In this document: one piece after another, positions 34,296 to 43,912 of the stretch
Layout: each line of letters begins with the position of its first letter
Position numbering within the stretch: position 1 is the first letter of the stretch
Source: Candidatus Angelobacter sp.
Lineage (GTDB): Bacteria > Acidobacteriota > Terriglobia > Terriglobales > Acidobacteriaceae
Length of the DNA: 64,000 bases
Direction: 5' to 3'
Assembly (NCBI GenBank): GCA_036380095.1
Contig: DASVFK010000250.1
Coordinates: 24,125 to 88,124 of the forward strand
Notes under the pieces: generated by a model
Databases searched by the model: none
What the model was told of the DNA's origin: nothing
The model's input: the letters and a program-made list of their open reading frames with translations, nothing else
Program-made: the position numbers and the translations under genes

Positions 34296-37200
34296 ATGAG
34301 CTCGCAATCCACAAATAGGGCACGACCCTCGTGTACTCCCAAGAACAGAATCGCTCTTTGCCTGATCTTGCTGTTGATCGGGTTGCTTGCCATGGCGGGG
34401 ACCGCTGTGGCGCAATTGCCGATGCCGGCATCCACTCAGTTTGACATCACTGGTTTTATTCAGGAAGCCACGCTGGATCCCACATGCACCGCCAACGCGC
34501 ATTGCGGCGGCACCATCTTGGTCAACGGTCACAACGTGATTGTGCCCAAAGAGACTATCGTGATCCTGCCCGCCAATGCTCTGACCTGGCAGGAAGTCTT
34601 CGCCCAGGCGCCCGCGCCCTATGGGCTGCTGACCAATCCGCCTTCCAGCGGACTTGCCATGTCGGATCTGCCTGCGCCGTTGGCTACGTACGAAGCACAA
34701 GTGATTGGCAACCGCGTGATCACTGGCGGAAATGACCGCTACATCGCGGGTTTGATCTACATCTCGCAGCAAGGTTTGAACATCGGCAGCGGGTTCATCA
34801 ACTTCATCAACTACGCCACGGGCGAAATGCGCGTGGGCGGCATTCTGGGAAATTCCGCTACCGGCGCGCGCGTGCAAATCAACGATCCGGTGGGACGCTT
34901 CGGCCGGGTGGTCTCGCCTGACGTGCGCTTCACTGTAGACCCGGACAATCCGACCATCGCCAGCTCCACCGGCTTCCCCATGTGCGTGCCGCGTGTGGAT
35001 CCTGCGGCGGTGATCGATCCTCTGTGCCCGCAGACGCAGCGGCCCGGGGCAATCCCTCCTGCAGTCGGCTTTGCTTCGGTGATTCAGACGAACGATCCGG
35101 GAGCTTTGCCGGGCGTTCCGCCTGACGCAACGATCCAAGTTCCGTTCGAAGTAGGCGACTGGATCACCTTTGCGGGAACCCTGGTTGCCGATCCTGGCTT
35201 TACCGCTGGTCCCACGGCTGGTCCATGGCCGGGCAAGGCGAACACCTACATTTCCGCGCATACCATTTCCAACAACGTTGCCGTGTACACCTGGCCCAAC
35301 ACCAATCCGGCCTATGTGGCGACGGAAGTCACCATCATCGGCACCGGAGGTTTGACGGTCATCGGCGCCGGCGAAGCGGTGATTCGCACACGCTTTGAAG
35401 GCATGACCACCGACGTAAACCAGAACGCGGCCCTGCAGCGGAACATTCATCTCTACGGGATCGATCTGAATCCTGGGGACGGTTCTACGACAGACCGTGA
35501 CTGGGGAACCATCGGCGTGGATCCTGGACCGCCCAACGGCGCGGTCAAAGGCCGTTGGCGCTTCCGCCCGCCGTGCTTGCCCTTCGGCTCAGTTCCAACC
35601 AAGCCTGACAAAGACTGCGTGATGAACGCATCTGGCACCTTCCTGCCTCCGACGCGCGAAATGCGTGCCGTAATCGAAGGCGCATGGACCCCGGCAGGCC
35701 CGCAAACAACGTATGCCAACGGGATCATCGCCGGGCAGTACCACGCTCCGATTTTGGAGTACATCTTCCCAGAAAACGTGCCCGGTGCGCCCATTGTCGA
35801 GAACAACTTCAACTCCATCCCCTTCCTGGCCCAGGGCGGATATACGTCCTCAGCAGGAACACTGGTGGGGCAGCTCAATCCCTGGCCCAGCAACATAGTT
35901 CCGGCGCCGTTCTGCGCTGCGCCTACGGCTAGCGCCGGCGGTCCTTATAGCACTGGTTCCGGCGGAACGGTCGCGTTGAACGGCACTTCGGGTGGCACAG
36001 GTCCATTCACCTTCGCATGGACGGCAAACGCAGGCACGTTTGACAATGCCGGTGTGTCCAACCCGAACTTCACGGCGCCGCAGACCGCCGTGGGCACAAC
36101 GGTAAACCTGTCTTTGACTGTAGCCAACGCCTGCGGGAGCTCCACCGCGACCAGCACGGTTGCGGTCAGCGCGGCTTTGGCGCCAACGGTTAATCCCATC
36201 GCACCGCAAACCGTGGATTCCGGATCGGGCGGCAGCTTCTCTGTCACGGCCTCTGATCCCAACGTTCCGCCCGCGGTGCCGCTGACCTGGTCGGTAAGCC
36301 AGAGCGGTACGCCCGCCCTGCTCAACCTGGCCATCAGCTCCGGCGGAGCCACCTCGGCGAGCGTGACCTTTACCGCGCCGTCCGGTGTGATCACGCCCAC
36401 GAACATCACCGTCACCGTGACGGCGACGAACACTGCCGGCGTGTCCTCCGCGCCGGTCTCCACCACCGTGACCATCAATCCAGCGGTTGCCTGTAACGCG
36501 CCAGTAGCCAATGCCGGCGGTCCGTACACGGTTTCTTCTGGAGGCTCGATTACGCTGAACGGTAGCGCTACCGGGTCAACGCCTCTCACCTTTATCTGGG
36601 CGGCGCCTGCTCAAGGCACGATCAACCCGCTGGACGCCGCTACATCGACCTACACGGCGCCCGTGACTCCGGTTCCGTTAGACGTAACGGTGTCACTCAC
36701 GGCGGCCAACGGCTGCGCTGGCAGTCCGAATACCGCCAGTGCAAATGTCCACGTCAACGCGGCACTGCCGCCGGTGGTCAATCCCGTGGCGGCCATCTCG
36801 GTGCCGGTGAATACGTCGAATGTGAGCATGCTGGTCACCGCCATTGATCCCAACGTTCCGGCGCTGACGCCGCTTACCTTCACCGTAACCCAGACTCCGG
36901 CCGGAACTCTGCAGTTCCCATCCGCTCTCTGCCCTGGTGGAGTAACGCAAGGAAACTTGTGTGTGACACCTGCGGGGCCAACCTCGGCGAACATAACCTT
37001 CAACGCTCCGGCTACACCCACTACGGTGACGCTGAGCTTTACGGCCATCAACGCTGCTGGTGTGGCTTCGGCGCCGGTAACCACTACGGTGACCCTCACC
37101 GACGTGTTCAACATCACGGCGGCGGAGTACCGGATCGGCAAGCAGCGGTTGATCGTTAACGTCACGGATCTTACCGTGGACCCAACCATCCAGATCTTCC

Positions 37201-37472
37201 TGCAGCCTTACCGCTGCGAAGTCAACGCGGCGCCTTGCGCTCCGAACGCTCAAGGCATCTGGATGTATAACCCTGACCCGGCAGCTGGCGGAGTCGGCAA
37301 CCTCTTCACCGGCGGCGCTGGTGGCCTCTACATCATCGACGTTGTAGGAGCGCCGAAGCCGGCCTGCAACCTCAATGCAAACTACGCGACCCCGTGCGGT
37401 ACGGTGTCCATCAGTGCGGTGTCCTCGAAGGGTGGGGCGGCATCGTCCGCGCTCACCAGGATCCGCCAGTAA
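34296..37472 (+). CDS. large secreted protein, paralog 1: Cys-rich N-terminal domain of unknown family + 2x(PKD-like + Ig-like) + conserved C-terminal domain
   Basis: ATG 34296 gives a signal peptide (...LILLLIGLLAMAGTAVAQ). The mature N-terminus LPMPASTQFDITGFIQEATLD is shared with the other two paralogs. PKD-like ANAGGPYTVSSGGSITLNGSATGS, and a C-terminal ...ALTRIRQ. Confidence 0.85.
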   Translation: MSSQSTNRARPSCTPKNRIALCLILLLIGLLAMAGTAVAQLPMPASTQFDITGFIQEATLDPTCTANAHCGGTILVNGHNVIVPKETIVILPANALTWQEVFAQAPAPYGLLTNPPSSGLAMSDLPAPLATYEAQVIGNRVITGGNDRYIAGLIYISQQGLNIGSGFINFINYATGEMRVGGILGNSATGARVQINDPVGRFGRVVSPDVRFTVDPDNPTIASSTGFPMCVPRVDPAAVIDPLCPQTQRPGAIPPAVGFASVIQTNDPGALPGVPPDATIQVPFEVGDWITFAGTLVADPGFTAGPTAGPWPGKANTYISAHTISNNVAVYTWPNTNPAYVATEVTIIGTGGLTVIGAGEAVIRTRFEGMTTDVNQNAALQRNIHLYGIDLNPGDGSTTDRDWGTIGVDPGPPNGAVKGRWRFRPPCLPFGSVPTKPDKDCVMNASGTFLPPTREMRAVIEGAWTPAGPQTTYANGIIAGQYHAPILEYIFPENVPGAPIVENNFNSIPFLAQGGYTSSAGTLVGQLNPWPSNIVPAPFCAAPTASAGGPYSTGSGGTVALNGTSGGTGPFTFAWTANAGTFDNAGVSNPNFTAPQTAVGTTVNLSLTVANACGSSTATSTVAVSAALAPTVNPIAPQTVDSGSGGSFSVTASDPNVPPAVPLTWSVSQSGTPALLNLAISSGGATSASVTFTAPSGVITPTNITVTVTATNTAGVSSAPVSTTVTINPAVACNAPVANAGGPYTVSSGGSITLNGSATGSTPLTFIWAAPAQGTINPLDAATSTYTAPVTPVPLDVTVSLTAANGCAGSPNTASANVHVNAALPPVVNPVAAISVPVNTSNVSMLVTAIDPNVPALTPLTFTVTQTPAGTLQFPSALCPGGVTQGNLCVTPAGPTSANITFNAPATPTTVTLSFTAINAAGVASAPVTTTVTLTDVFNITAAEYRIGKQRLIVNVTDLTVDPTIQIFLQPYRCEVNAAPCAPNAQGIWMYNPDPAAGGVGNLFTGGAGGLYIIDVVGAPKPACNLNANYATPCGTVSISAVSSKGGAASSALTRIRQ

Positions 37473-37483
37473 GGACAGTTCCG

Positions 37484-37516
37484 GCGGTCGAAGAGCACTC
37501 GCTGCTCTTCGACCGC
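37484..37516 (+). terminator. stem-loop GCGGTCGAAGAGCA-CTCGC-TGCTCTTCGACCGC after paralog 1
   Basis: Perfect 14-bp stem 12 nt after the stop, with no U-tract. The same stem sequence recurs after paralog 3 (47068..47098). Confidence 0.5.
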
Positions 37517-37595
37517 AAGGGGGAAACGTTTCAGGCAAGCGGGCCGCGCCGTTGCTCGTTGCTGGCCCGCAAACTTTTGTGGAGCGCAGACCACA

Positions 37596-37632
37596 CTCGC
37601 CTCGTGCCTTCGGCCGGGGCGAGTTTTTTTTT
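37596..37632 (+). terminator. strong rho-independent terminator (long GC stem + T9)
   Basis: CTCGCCTCG...CGGGGCGAG stem with an inner GCC-TTC-GGC, followed by TTTTTTTTT. Confidence 0.8.
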
Positions 37633-37920
37633 GCCGATCGCTGCCCTAGTCTCCTGGACCCGCCACCGAATCTCTCCATGGATTTTCCACCTAGTTTCTT
37701 TTGTGATCACGAATGCAAAGGCGGGACTACACATGTGATCAGAAGAATTAATGTGGGTAAGGCATATCACGCACATGAGTTGGACTGCCCTTTTATAACA
37801 GCGAGAGAAAGCGGCGCCACCAATTGATGAGGAGTTTTTGGATGAGACAAGTGTTTGTTGCACCAAGTGTCGCCGGCTTGTATCAGGTTGAAAATACGGC
37901 AGGGTCTTGTCCGTGAAGTT

Positions 37921-37936
37921 TGTGATCTTAATCACG
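37921..37936 (+). promoter_or_regulatory. CRP/FNR-type palindrome TGTGA-TCTTAA-TCACG
   Basis: Matches 9 of 10 positions of the classical TGTGA-N6-TCACA consensus. An identical site lies at 43562..43577 in the paralog 3 leader. Confidence 0.4.
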
Positions 37937-38202
37937 CAGGAGCGTGATGAGGGACACAGCAGGACCTTCTCTGGTCTGTCACAGTATGCGACCAAGTTAG
38001 ACAGATAAACCTGTTTTAGAAAGTGCCCAGAAGTAAAGCGCCACTGAGAACTCACGGCTGATTTTACCTCCGCGATCCCTTGGCGGTGCTGGTGCCCCAG
38101 GAACACAAGAAATAAGAAACGCGCCTGCACGTGCAGTGGTTTGTTTTCCGGGTTCGGCTGCAACGTGCGTAGGGAAGGTGCGATACGCGCTGGAACTTCC
38201 GG

Positions 38203-38218
38203 GGACAGGCAACTGTCC
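38203..38218 (+). ncRNA. leader hairpin GGACAG-GCAA-CTGTCC (GNRA tetraloop)
   Basis: The paralog 3 counterpart at 43832..43847 is GGACAT-GTAA-ATGTCC. The loop-closing pair changes G-C to U-A in a compensatory way, and the loop stays GNRA. Confidence 0.5.
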
Positions 38219-38280
38219 TTGTTCACAGTCGTTGAGCATTCGCACCTCCATGCAAATTTTTCTGAGACGGAGCGACTGCA

Positions 38281-41200
38281 ATGACAACGACGGGAAAGCT
38301 GTACTCTACCCCTGCCCCCAAAAAAGCTGAAAAGCATCTTCCGGGGCCCTCGACAAGAAAACTTTTTCTCACCCTCATCGCGGTGATTCTGCTTGTCACC
38401 TATGCCGGCGCGCAATTGCCCATGCCGGCCTCCACCCAGTTTGACATCACCGGGTTTATCCAGGAGGCCACGCTGGACTCCAGTTGCACGGCCGATCCGC
38501 ACTGCGGCGGCACCATCAAGCTCAACGGCCACACGATCATCGTGCCGAAAGAAACGATCGTGATATTCCCGGCCAATGCGCTGACCTGGCAGGAAATCTT
38601 TGCTCAGGCACCGGCGCCGTATGGTCTGCTGACGAACCCACCTTCCACTGGCTTGGCCAGAGCCGATTTGCCGGCGCCTTTGACCACGTATGAAGCGCAA
38701 GCGGTGGGCAACCGTGTCCTTGGCGGCCCCGCGGGCGCTGACTTGTACATCGCCGGTTTGATCTATATCTCGCAGCAAGGCCTGAACACGGGCAGCGGGT
38801 TCATCAACTACATCAACTACGCCGCGGGCGAAATGCGCGTTGGCGGCGCCTTGGGAAATCCCACCGACGGCGCGCGCGTTCGCATCAACGATCCGGCGGG
38901 CCGCTTTGGGCGGGTCATGTCGCCGGACGTGCGCTTCACCGTAGACCCGGACAATCCGACCATCGCCAGTTCCACAGGATTCCCCATGTGTTTCCCGCGG
39001 GTCGATCCTGCGACGGCGGTGGATCCTTTGTGCCCGCAGAGTCAGCGCCCGGCGGCTGTAGCCCCCGCAGTCGGCTTTGCCTCCGTGATTCAGACGAATG
39101 ATCCTGGTGCGCTGCCAGGTGTTCCGCCCGATGCAACCATTCAGGCGCCGTTCGAAGTAGGAGACTGGATCACTTTTTCGGGCACGCTGGTGCAAGATGG
39201 GTTAACGCCTACGGCAGGGCCGTTCCCCGGAACCGCCAACACCTACATCTCCGCGCACACCATTTCCAACAACGTGGCCGTGTTCACCTGGCCCAACACC
39301 AATCCCGCCTACGTCTCTATCGAGACGACCCTGATCGGTACCGGGGGGTTGATCGTGCTGGGTGCTGGAGAAGCCGTCATCCGCACTCGTTTTGAGGGCA
39401 TGATGACCGATGTAAACCAAAACGCGGCGTTGCAGCGGATCATCCACCTGTACGGCGTCGACCTGAGCCCGTTCGATGGCTCGACGACGGACCGCGATTT
39501 TGGCACGATCGGCGTAGATCCTGGCCCGCCGAACGGCGCCAACAAGGGACGTTGGCGTTTCCGTCCGCCGTGCCTGCCCTTCGGCACAATTCCCACCAAG
39601 CCGGACAAAGACTGCGTGATGAACGCGGCCGGCACCTTCCTGCCTCCGCCGCGCGAAGTGCGCGCGGTGATTGAAGGCGCGTGGATCCCGGGACAGACAA
39701 CCACCTATGCCAACGGGATCATTGCCGGTCAATACCATGCTCCGATTTCGGAGTACATCTTCCCGGAGAATATTCCCGGCACACCGATTGTTGCTAATAA
39801 CTTTGAAGCCATACTTTTCCTGACCCAGGGCGGATATACATCATCGGCGGGGACGTTGGTGGGCCAACTCAACCCCTGGCCTGGTCTCTTCCCGCCGCCG
39901 GTGGGTGACGCGCCGCCGGTTGCCAACGCAGGTGGTCCGTACACCGTCGGTTCCGGCGGAACCATCGGACTAAGCGGCACCACCACAGCCGGCACGGCGC
40001 CATTTACGTACCAGTGGACGGCAAGCGCAGGAACTTTCGACAATGCAACCCTGGCCAACCCGAACTATACGGCGCCACAAACCGCCTCGGGAACAACAGT
40101 TAACCTGTCATTCACGGCAACCAATGCCTTCGGGACCTCAACGGCGAACACGACCGTAACTGTCAATGCCGCATTGGCTCCCGTGGTGAACCCGATCGCG
40201 CCCACCTCGGTCACTTCAGGCGACGCGGGCACCATCACCGTAACCGCATCTGATCCCAACACGCCGCCGTCTGTGCCGCTCACCTGGACCGTGAGCCAGA
40301 CGGGCAATCCTCCGCTGATCAATCTGGCGATCAATCCCAGCGGACCTGCCAGCGGAGTGATCACTTACACCTCCAAGTCCGGTGTGAGCACTCCCACGGA
40401 CATCACTGTCACCGTTACTGCGAGGAACGCCGCAGGTGTGTCATCAGCGCCGGTCTCCACTACGGTCACCATCAACCCGGCGGGTCCAGTCTGTAACGCG
40501 CCTGTCGCCAATGCCGGTGGTCCATACACGGTTGGCGCAGGAGGCTCCATCGTGCTGAGCGGCAGCGCCACTGGATCTCCGGCCATCACTTACTCCTGGA
40601 CGGCAACTGCCGGCAGCTTTACCTCGGGTAACAATACCGCCACGCCCACCTACAAGGCGCCTGTCGTCCTGGCGCCAACAGCGGTCACGGTGTCACTGAC
40701 GGCAACGAACAAGTGCGGCCCCGGCGGCACGAACATCTCGAATACCGCGAGCTCCACGGTAACGGTGAACGCAGCGCTGCCTCCCACGGTGAATCCCGTG
40801 ACGGCGGTTTCAGTGTTCTCCGGCGCCGCGGGCAGCATCAACGTAACCGGTTCCGATCCCAATGTTCCCGCCATGGTGCCATTGACCTGGACGGTGTCCC
40901 AGACCGGAGCCCCGGCCCTGCTTAACCTGATAATTACCTCGACTGGATCGACGACGGCAAGGATCAACTTCACTGCTCCGACCCTGCCGGTTGGCCAGGT
41001 GACGCCCGCGGTGATCACGTTGACCATCACGGCCAGGAACACGGCTCCTTTGAACTCGGCGCCGATCACCACTACGGTCACCGTCAACCCGTTGCCTGAT
41101 GTCATCGCCATTACGTCCGCGGAGTACAGGACCGGCAAGCAACGGCTGATCATCAACGCAACTTCGTCGGTTGTCAGCCCCAACGTGGTCCTGAAACTGC

Positions 41201-41439
41201 AGCCTTACTTGACAGCGACAGGAACCATCTACAATCCCGATCCCGCAGCCGGCGGCTTGGGCAATGTCTTCACCAACACCGGGGGTGGACTCTACCTCTT
41301 GGACATCAGTGGAGCACCGCGGCCGGCCTGTGGCAATGCGGCTGGGTATCAAACCCCGTGCCCGTCAACGCCGCTGGACGTGAAGTCCAACCTGAACGGA
41401 GATAGCGGACCGTTCGGGCTGACCCGCATCCGCCAGTGA
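38281..41439 (+). CDS. large secreted protein, paralog 2
   Basis: Start preceded by GACGGAG. Signal/anchor FLTLIAVILLVTYAGAQ, then LPMPASTQFDITGFIQEATLD. Same architecture as paralog 1; ends ...GLTRIRQ. Confidence 0.9.
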   Translation: MTTTGKLYSTPAPKKAEKHLPGPSTRKLFLTLIAVILLVTYAGAQLPMPASTQFDITGFIQEATLDSSCTADPHCGGTIKLNGHTIIVPKETIVIFPANALTWQEIFAQAPAPYGLLTNPPSTGLARADLPAPLTTYEAQAVGNRVLGGPAGADLYIAGLIYISQQGLNTGSGFINYINYAAGEMRVGGALGNPTDGARVRINDPAGRFGRVMSPDVRFTVDPDNPTIASSTGFPMCFPRVDPATAVDPLCPQSQRPAAVAPAVGFASVIQTNDPGALPGVPPDATIQAPFEVGDWITFSGTLVQDGLTPTAGPFPGTANTYISAHTISNNVAVFTWPNTNPAYVSIETTLIGTGGLIVLGAGEAVIRTRFEGMMTDVNQNAALQRIIHLYGVDLSPFDGSTTDRDFGTIGVDPGPPNGANKGRWRFRPPCLPFGTIPTKPDKDCVMNAAGTFLPPPREVRAVIEGAWIPGQTTTYANGIIAGQYHAPISEYIFPENIPGTPIVANNFEAILFLTQGGYTSSAGTLVGQLNPWPGLFPPPVGDAPPVANAGGPYTVGSGGTIGLSGTTTAGTAPFTYQWTASAGTFDNATLANPNYTAPQTASGTTVNLSFTATNAFGTSTANTTVTVNAALAPVVNPIAPTSVTSGDAGTITVTASDPNTPPSVPLTWTVSQTGNPPLINLAINPSGPASGVITYTSKSGVSTPTDITVTVTARNAAGVSSAPVSTTVTINPAGPVCNAPVANAGGPYTVGAGGSIVLSGSATGSPAITYSWTATAGSFTSGNNTATPTYKAPVVLAPTAVTVSLTATNKCGPGGTNISNTASSTVTVNAALPPTVNPVTAVSVFSGAAGSINVTGSDPNVPAMVPLTWTVSQTGAPALLNLIITSTGSTTARINFTAPTLPVGQVTPAVITLTITARNTAPLNSAPITTTVTVNPLPDVIAITSAEYRTGKQRLIINATSSVVSPNVVLKLQPYLTATGTIYNPDPAAGGLGNVFTNTGGGLYLLDISGAPRPACGNAAGYQTPCPSTPLDVKSNLNGDSGPFGLTRIRQ

Positions 41440-41454
41440 GAAAAGCAACACCAG

Positions 41455-41484
41455 GGACTGCCGAGCCATTCGGCTCGGCAGTCC
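41455..41484 (+). terminator. rho-independent terminator (GGACTGCCGAGCC-ATTC-GGCTCGGCAGTCC + TCTCTT)
   Basis: Perfect 13-bp stem 16 nt after the stop of paralog 2, followed by a pyrimidine/T-rich tract. Confidence 0.7.
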
Positions 41485-41917
41485 TCTCTTCGCTGCGCAG
41501 ATTAGAACCATCTTCTAGTTGCAGCGCAGCCGCAACCCGGTACTTTCAGGTTTCAGTTCTGGGGTGCCGGCTTTTTTTGCGGGGCAACTACATGCCACGG
41601 TCAAAAGGTGCTGCGGAGATGACTCCCCAGATCCTTGTCCAGGAACTCGGGAAGGAGTACACTTGGCGCACTTTTTTGGTCCACAACCACAGCAACACTC
41701 TGCCCCGATTCGGCGGGGGCATCGGGCCATACAGGTATAGGTAACGGGAGAAGCGCCACAATCACTTCGGATGGAGTGCCGCAGCCCGCGATTAGCCAGC
41801 GAGGCCGCTGAGAGTTAATTCGACCCTGGAACCGCCAGCGGATTTCCTCGCTCACACCAGCACTCGGCAGCGAGTCTAGCGCCTGCCACAACATAGTCTC
41901 GTCCAGGAGCTTAAGAA

Positions 41918-42802
41918 ATGAAAATGGTATTGAAGATTGCGGTTCTAACCGCAATTCTGGCCGCAGCGGTCCTGTTGGCATTCGTCCCTCAGGCTTCCGC
42001 ACAAGATCCGCCGCCCGGTTTGCCCATTCTCTTGGGCACCACCGGCGCATGCAACAACGTCAACCAAGGTGGTCCTTGCACTGAAACCAGCACACTAGTG
42101 CAGATCGATCCGACGAACGGCGCCCTTGTCCGGGTGATCGGTCCCGTGGGCTATACCGTCAACGGGCTGGCCTGGGACTCCACCACCGACAAGCTGTACG
42201 CTACTACCGCCATCGGAGACGTGGTCTTCCATGGCCTGATCACTATCGACCCGAACACCGGCCAGGGTACCCCCGTGAATGCAAGCGTCGTCAATTTCGG
42301 GCTGGCGGGTGCCGCTTCTCCAGTCCACTCCATTACTTTTGATTCCAGTGGGAACGCCGTGGGGTGGTATGACGAGTTTCCGCCGCCGGTGGGAGTTACC
42401 GATACTTTCGTCACGATCAACAAAGCCACCGGCATCGCCACTGAGCATGACAACACTGGGATCAACACAGGCCAGAACGGGGTCGCGTTCGCCAAGCATG
42501 ATCTGCTGTGGAACATCGACAGTCCCAAGTTTGTGGGCAGTGTCATCACGCAAACGGCCTACCTGCTCGATCCAACGAATGGACAGCCGATGGATTCCCG
42601 GGATATCGCTCCGCCAACGCCAGCAGCACTGGGCGATTTCGATCCCGTAGGCAATAAGTACTATGGCCTTAACTTTCAGGCCTTCAGCACCGCTCCTACT
42701 TTCCTGGTGCTGATCGACCTGAAAAAAGGAACGGCGACCACGCTGGGGCAGACGGTAAACGACCTGCATGTGATCGCGTTCGTGAAACACCACATCCTCT
42801 GA
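41918..42802 (+). CDS. secreted repeat protein, beta-propeller-like, small paralog 1
   Basis: Signal peptide ending ASAQ, then DPPPGLPILLGTTGAC... and recurring IDPxTG / GxxV strand-like units. Shares long identical blocks with 47219..48091 and 48369..49262. Confidence 0.8.
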   Translation: MKMVLKIAVLTAILAAAVLLAFVPQASAQDPPPGLPILLGTTGACNNVNQGGPCTETSTLVQIDPTNGALVRVIGPVGYTVNGLAWDSTTDKLYATTAIGDVVFHGLITIDPNTGQGTPVNASVVNFGLAGAASPVHSITFDSSGNAVGWYDEFPPPVGVTDTFVTINKATGIATEHDNTGINTGQNGVAFAKHDLLWNIDSPKFVGSVITQTAYLLDPTNGQPMDSRDIAPPTPAALGDFDPVGNKYYGLNFQAFSTAPTFLVLIDLKKGTATTLGQTVNDLHVIAFVKHHIL

Positions 42803-43359
42803 AGAACCACTAATTATTGCAGCGCAACACAACGCCGGCGCCTCGGGCATCAAGCCTGGGGCGCTACGGCGTTTCGTTTTGGCACAGTTCCTGTCGGCGT
42901 TACCCCTTTAACTAAGACCGATGTTCTAGCCGAGTTTTGTTGTGATTAGAAATGAGCTGGTTGCGCGACTTCCAGCGACACGTTCTTTGTTGGAGTTCAC
43001 ACAAAGAAAGCAACCACCACAGGTGTGACAACGCGCACAGACGAATCCAGCTCTGCTTTGTAAACTCCTGGTCATTGGTCGACGGAACATTTTGCATCGG
43101 GAAGCTGGCGGCTGATTTTGAGAGACCTGAGGTCTTCCGGCAGCACCAGCTTCACCCGGTCAAATGAAAAGAAAGACCATGCACGACCGGCCTCCGCTCA
43201 AGCGGTTGCCGCAGTCGGCGGGTTCCTCAGCAGCAAGCCTATTTCCGCTACACGCTCGCATCCTCAGGCGGAACAGGTAAGACAAACACAACAACCGGTC
43301 GTTGCGGTGACAAGAGTTCCATGTTGTGTCTGTCGGGTATCCATTGGGCCATTTCAAAT

Positions 43360-43912
43360 GTGATCAGAGAAATTAATGTGGGCCGGCTCTATCACGCGGA
43401 TGGGCTGGGCTGCCCTCATGTAACAGGGGAGAGAAACCAGTGTCACCAGATAAGAGACCTTCGTTTAGTCAGCTTGAAGGTTGGATTAAAAAGTTGCTGT
43501 TGGGCAAGGTGTCGCCAGCTCGTATCTGGTTGAAAGTACGACAGGATTTTGTCCGCGAAGTTGTGATCTTAATCACGCAGAGGCGTGATGAGGAACACAT
43601 CAGGATCAACTCTGGTCTGTCACAGTATGCGACCAAGCTGACGGATGAAACCTGTTCTAGAAGTTCAACGCCTGTGAGTTTCGCAAAGTTGATTTCGGCA
43701 ACTGAAGCTTGATGGGCGTGGGATCCCAGGGCCCCAAACAAGTAACGCGCCTGCACGCGCAGCAATGTTGATTCCGGGTTCGCTGCAACGTGCTGACGGA
43801 AGGTGCGACATTATCAGGCTGGAACTTCCGGGGACATGTAAATGTCCTTGTTCATCAAGCCAGAGCATTCGCACCGCTAGACTTGAATTTTTTCTGAGAC
43901 GGAGCGATTGCA
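43360..43912 (+). promoter_or_regulatory. conserved non-coding leader of paralog 3 (homologous to 37735..38280)
   Basis: See 37735..38280. Contains GTGAT-N26-ATCAC (43360..43395), a CRP-like site (43562..43577) and the GNRA hairpin (43832..43847). Confidence 0.7.

Larger units (their letters stand above)
37735..38280 (+). promoter_or_regulatory. conserved non-coding leader of paralog 2 (homologous to 43360..43912)
   Basis: Alignable by eye over its whole length with the leader of paralog 3, including identical blocks such as CTCTGGTCTGTCACAGTATGCGACCAAG. Indels break every reading frame. Lower GC than the flanking genes. Confidence 0.7.

Noticed and set aside
38192-38218. ECF-type promoter reading GGAAC-N18-GTCC (also 43821..43847) in front of paralogs 2 and 3
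   Set aside because: The would-be spacer and -10 coincide with the hairpin that shows a compensatory change and a GNRA loop. This favours an RNA element transcribed from further upstream. The -10 match is weak and the pattern is absent upstream of paralog 1. It is kept only as an alternative interpretation.
37531-39195. 554-aa minus-strand ORF. Similar long antisense ORFs lie at 34248..35450, 36693..37679, 44063..45715 and 46325..47206.
   Set aside because: They lie antisense to the large paralog genes and have Arg/Gly/Pro/His-rich composition typical of shadow frames in GC-rich DNA. They show no motifs and cross the non-coding leaders. The plus-strand proteins have signal peptides, domains and three-way paralog conservation.
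43440-43712. 90-aa ORF (and 43321..43533) inside the paralog 3 leader as a possible small regulatory protein
   Set aside because: The homologous leader of paralog 2 has indels and a stop in the corresponding frame, so conservation is at the nucleotide level, not the protein level.
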